Assembly (NCBI RefSeq): GCF_001194135.2
Contig: NC_068987.1
Location: forward strand, 88,488,776-88,537,479
Origin: Octopus bimaculoides
Taxonomy: Eukaryota
Length of the DNA: 48,704 nucleotides
Direction of reading: 5' to 3'
Part shown: piece after piece, positions 47,375 through 48,704 of the stretch
Layout of the letters: each line of letters opens with the position of its first letter
Position numbering within the stretch: position 1 is the stretch's first letter
Made by a program: the position numbers and the translations under genes
Notes under the pieces: generated by a model
Told to the model about the DNA's origin: nothing
Seen by the model: the letters and a program-made list of their open reading frames with translations, nothing else
Database searches by the model: none

Positions 47375-47798
47375 TCTTGAGGAGACATGACAAGTCGATC
47401 ACACCGGCCCTAGTACTTGACTGGTATTCTTTCTTATCGACCCGGAGGGAATGAAAGGCAAAATTTACTCCGCGAGCATTTGAACTCAGAACGTAAAACG
47501 CCGGAAGAAATGCCACAAGACAGTTTGCCCGACGTGCTAATGATTTTTCTCACCTACTGTTACCTTTATTTTGAATTAATAATGGTTTCACATTTTAGCA
47601 CAAGTTCAGCAAATTTAGGGGAGTGCGTAAGTCGATCACATCGGCACCAGTGATCAGGTGGAACTTTATTTATCGACCCCAAAAGGATGAAAGGTAAAGC
47701 CGATCACGACGCAATTTGAACTCAGAACGTAAAAGGTTGGAGGAAATCCCACGAAACATTTTATACGACGTGCCAACGATCCTGGGAGCTCGCAGCTT
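47375..47798 (-). mobile_element. Old SINE family B tandem dimer
   Basis: Two diverged units, each with ATTTGAACTCAGAACGTAAAA and TATCGACCC..GATGAAAGG. Confidence 0.8.
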
Positions 47799-48358
47799 TT
47801 ATATTGAATTAATAATAATCAAATATACCCAATTCATATTCTTAGAGTTTAATTTATAAATCATGAAAGAATTGAACGACGAGAGAGATGAGATTCTGAT
47901 GAATTTTGAAGTGAACTGTAAACGTTCAAATGTAGATTCTGTAATGCAATTTATTCAATGCTCAACACATTCCACGTAACCAGTCCAGATATCGTTAGAC
48001 CGATTGGTATCAAGATATATACTGACGTGAATATCATACTAATTAAAATGCTTTAGTGATGACGTGCAACAATATCCAATCAAGAGGATTATTTTGTTAT
48101 ACATGCACACACGCACACATACATATATATGGGCGTGTGTGTGTTTATGTGCGTGATTATGTGAGTACAATAGAGTTATACAGGTATGTGTAACTTTGTT
48201 AACTTCTTTTTATGAGAATAAAAAAAATAATATAAAGCACTCGCAGTCTTTCAGGACTTTACAATATATCGCAACTGCATTTTATTTTAACATCCTCGTT
48301 GATAATACAGAGAAGGTATGACACGTGAGTCGTTACAGAAAATTCCATTTCGTAGTAA

Positions 48359-48384
48359 TCTATATATATAAAAATGAGAATGTG

Positions 48385-48415
<31 letters not shown>

Positions 48416-48704
48416 GTGAATCCCTAAAACTCGAGAACTACGCAACCAATCTCATTCAAATTTTACACATGCCTTACTTAGGGTTCCAGTTGTGTTTTAG
48501 TCAAAAATAGTTTTTAACTTCTTGCAGAGTTCGAGCACACGGCAACATAATATCTCCTCCACTATTTAAGTATTACGTGTCAAAAGTGAAACAAAAACAC
48601 TCATGTCAAATACTTTCACTTTAAAAATGAAACTATTCCACTAACTGAAACAATCACATTTCGATACTGTAATGACATACTTTCACAGAGAGAGAAAGAG
48701 AGAG
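48359..48704 (+). mobile_element. Non-autonomous Helitron-like element, 5' part
   Basis: A|TCTATATATATAAAAATGAGAATGTGTG(TCTG)n..CAAATTTTACAC, the typical TC start plus microsatellite architecture. The 3' end is not identified in the window. Confidence 0.55.

Overview
AT-rich, microsatellite-dense eukaryotic draft scaffold with 14 N-gaps totalling about 5.2 kb. The repeat families resemble those of coleoid cephalopods (Octopus-like); this is inferred from resemblance, not from a search. I found no intact host protein-coding gene, rRNA, functional tRNA or CRISPR array, and most ORFs in the supplied track are translations of microsatellites or gaps. The window is a transposon graveyard. It holds about 20 tRNA-derived SINE copies in five working families (A, B, C, E, F), fragments of Penelope-like elements (PLE), RTE, CR1/L2-group and RLE-type (R4/Dong-like) retrotransposons, two mariner remnants, an internally deleted hAT(m)-like element inside a (TA)n tract, Helitron pieces and several MITEs or palindromes. 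The leading candidates for something undescribed are: (1) a tRNA-headed SINE whose tail carries a PLE-type minimal hammerhead ribozyme, with three hammerhead-like tail families in the window; (2) a young TIR element built around back-to-back telomeric (TAACCC)n/(TTAGGG)n arrays, present as an inverted pair; (3) a gap-free 95-bp inverted repeat whose arms differ almost only by transitions; (4) an RLE retrotransposon found repeatedly inside (TACA)n arrays. All family assignments are by eye.
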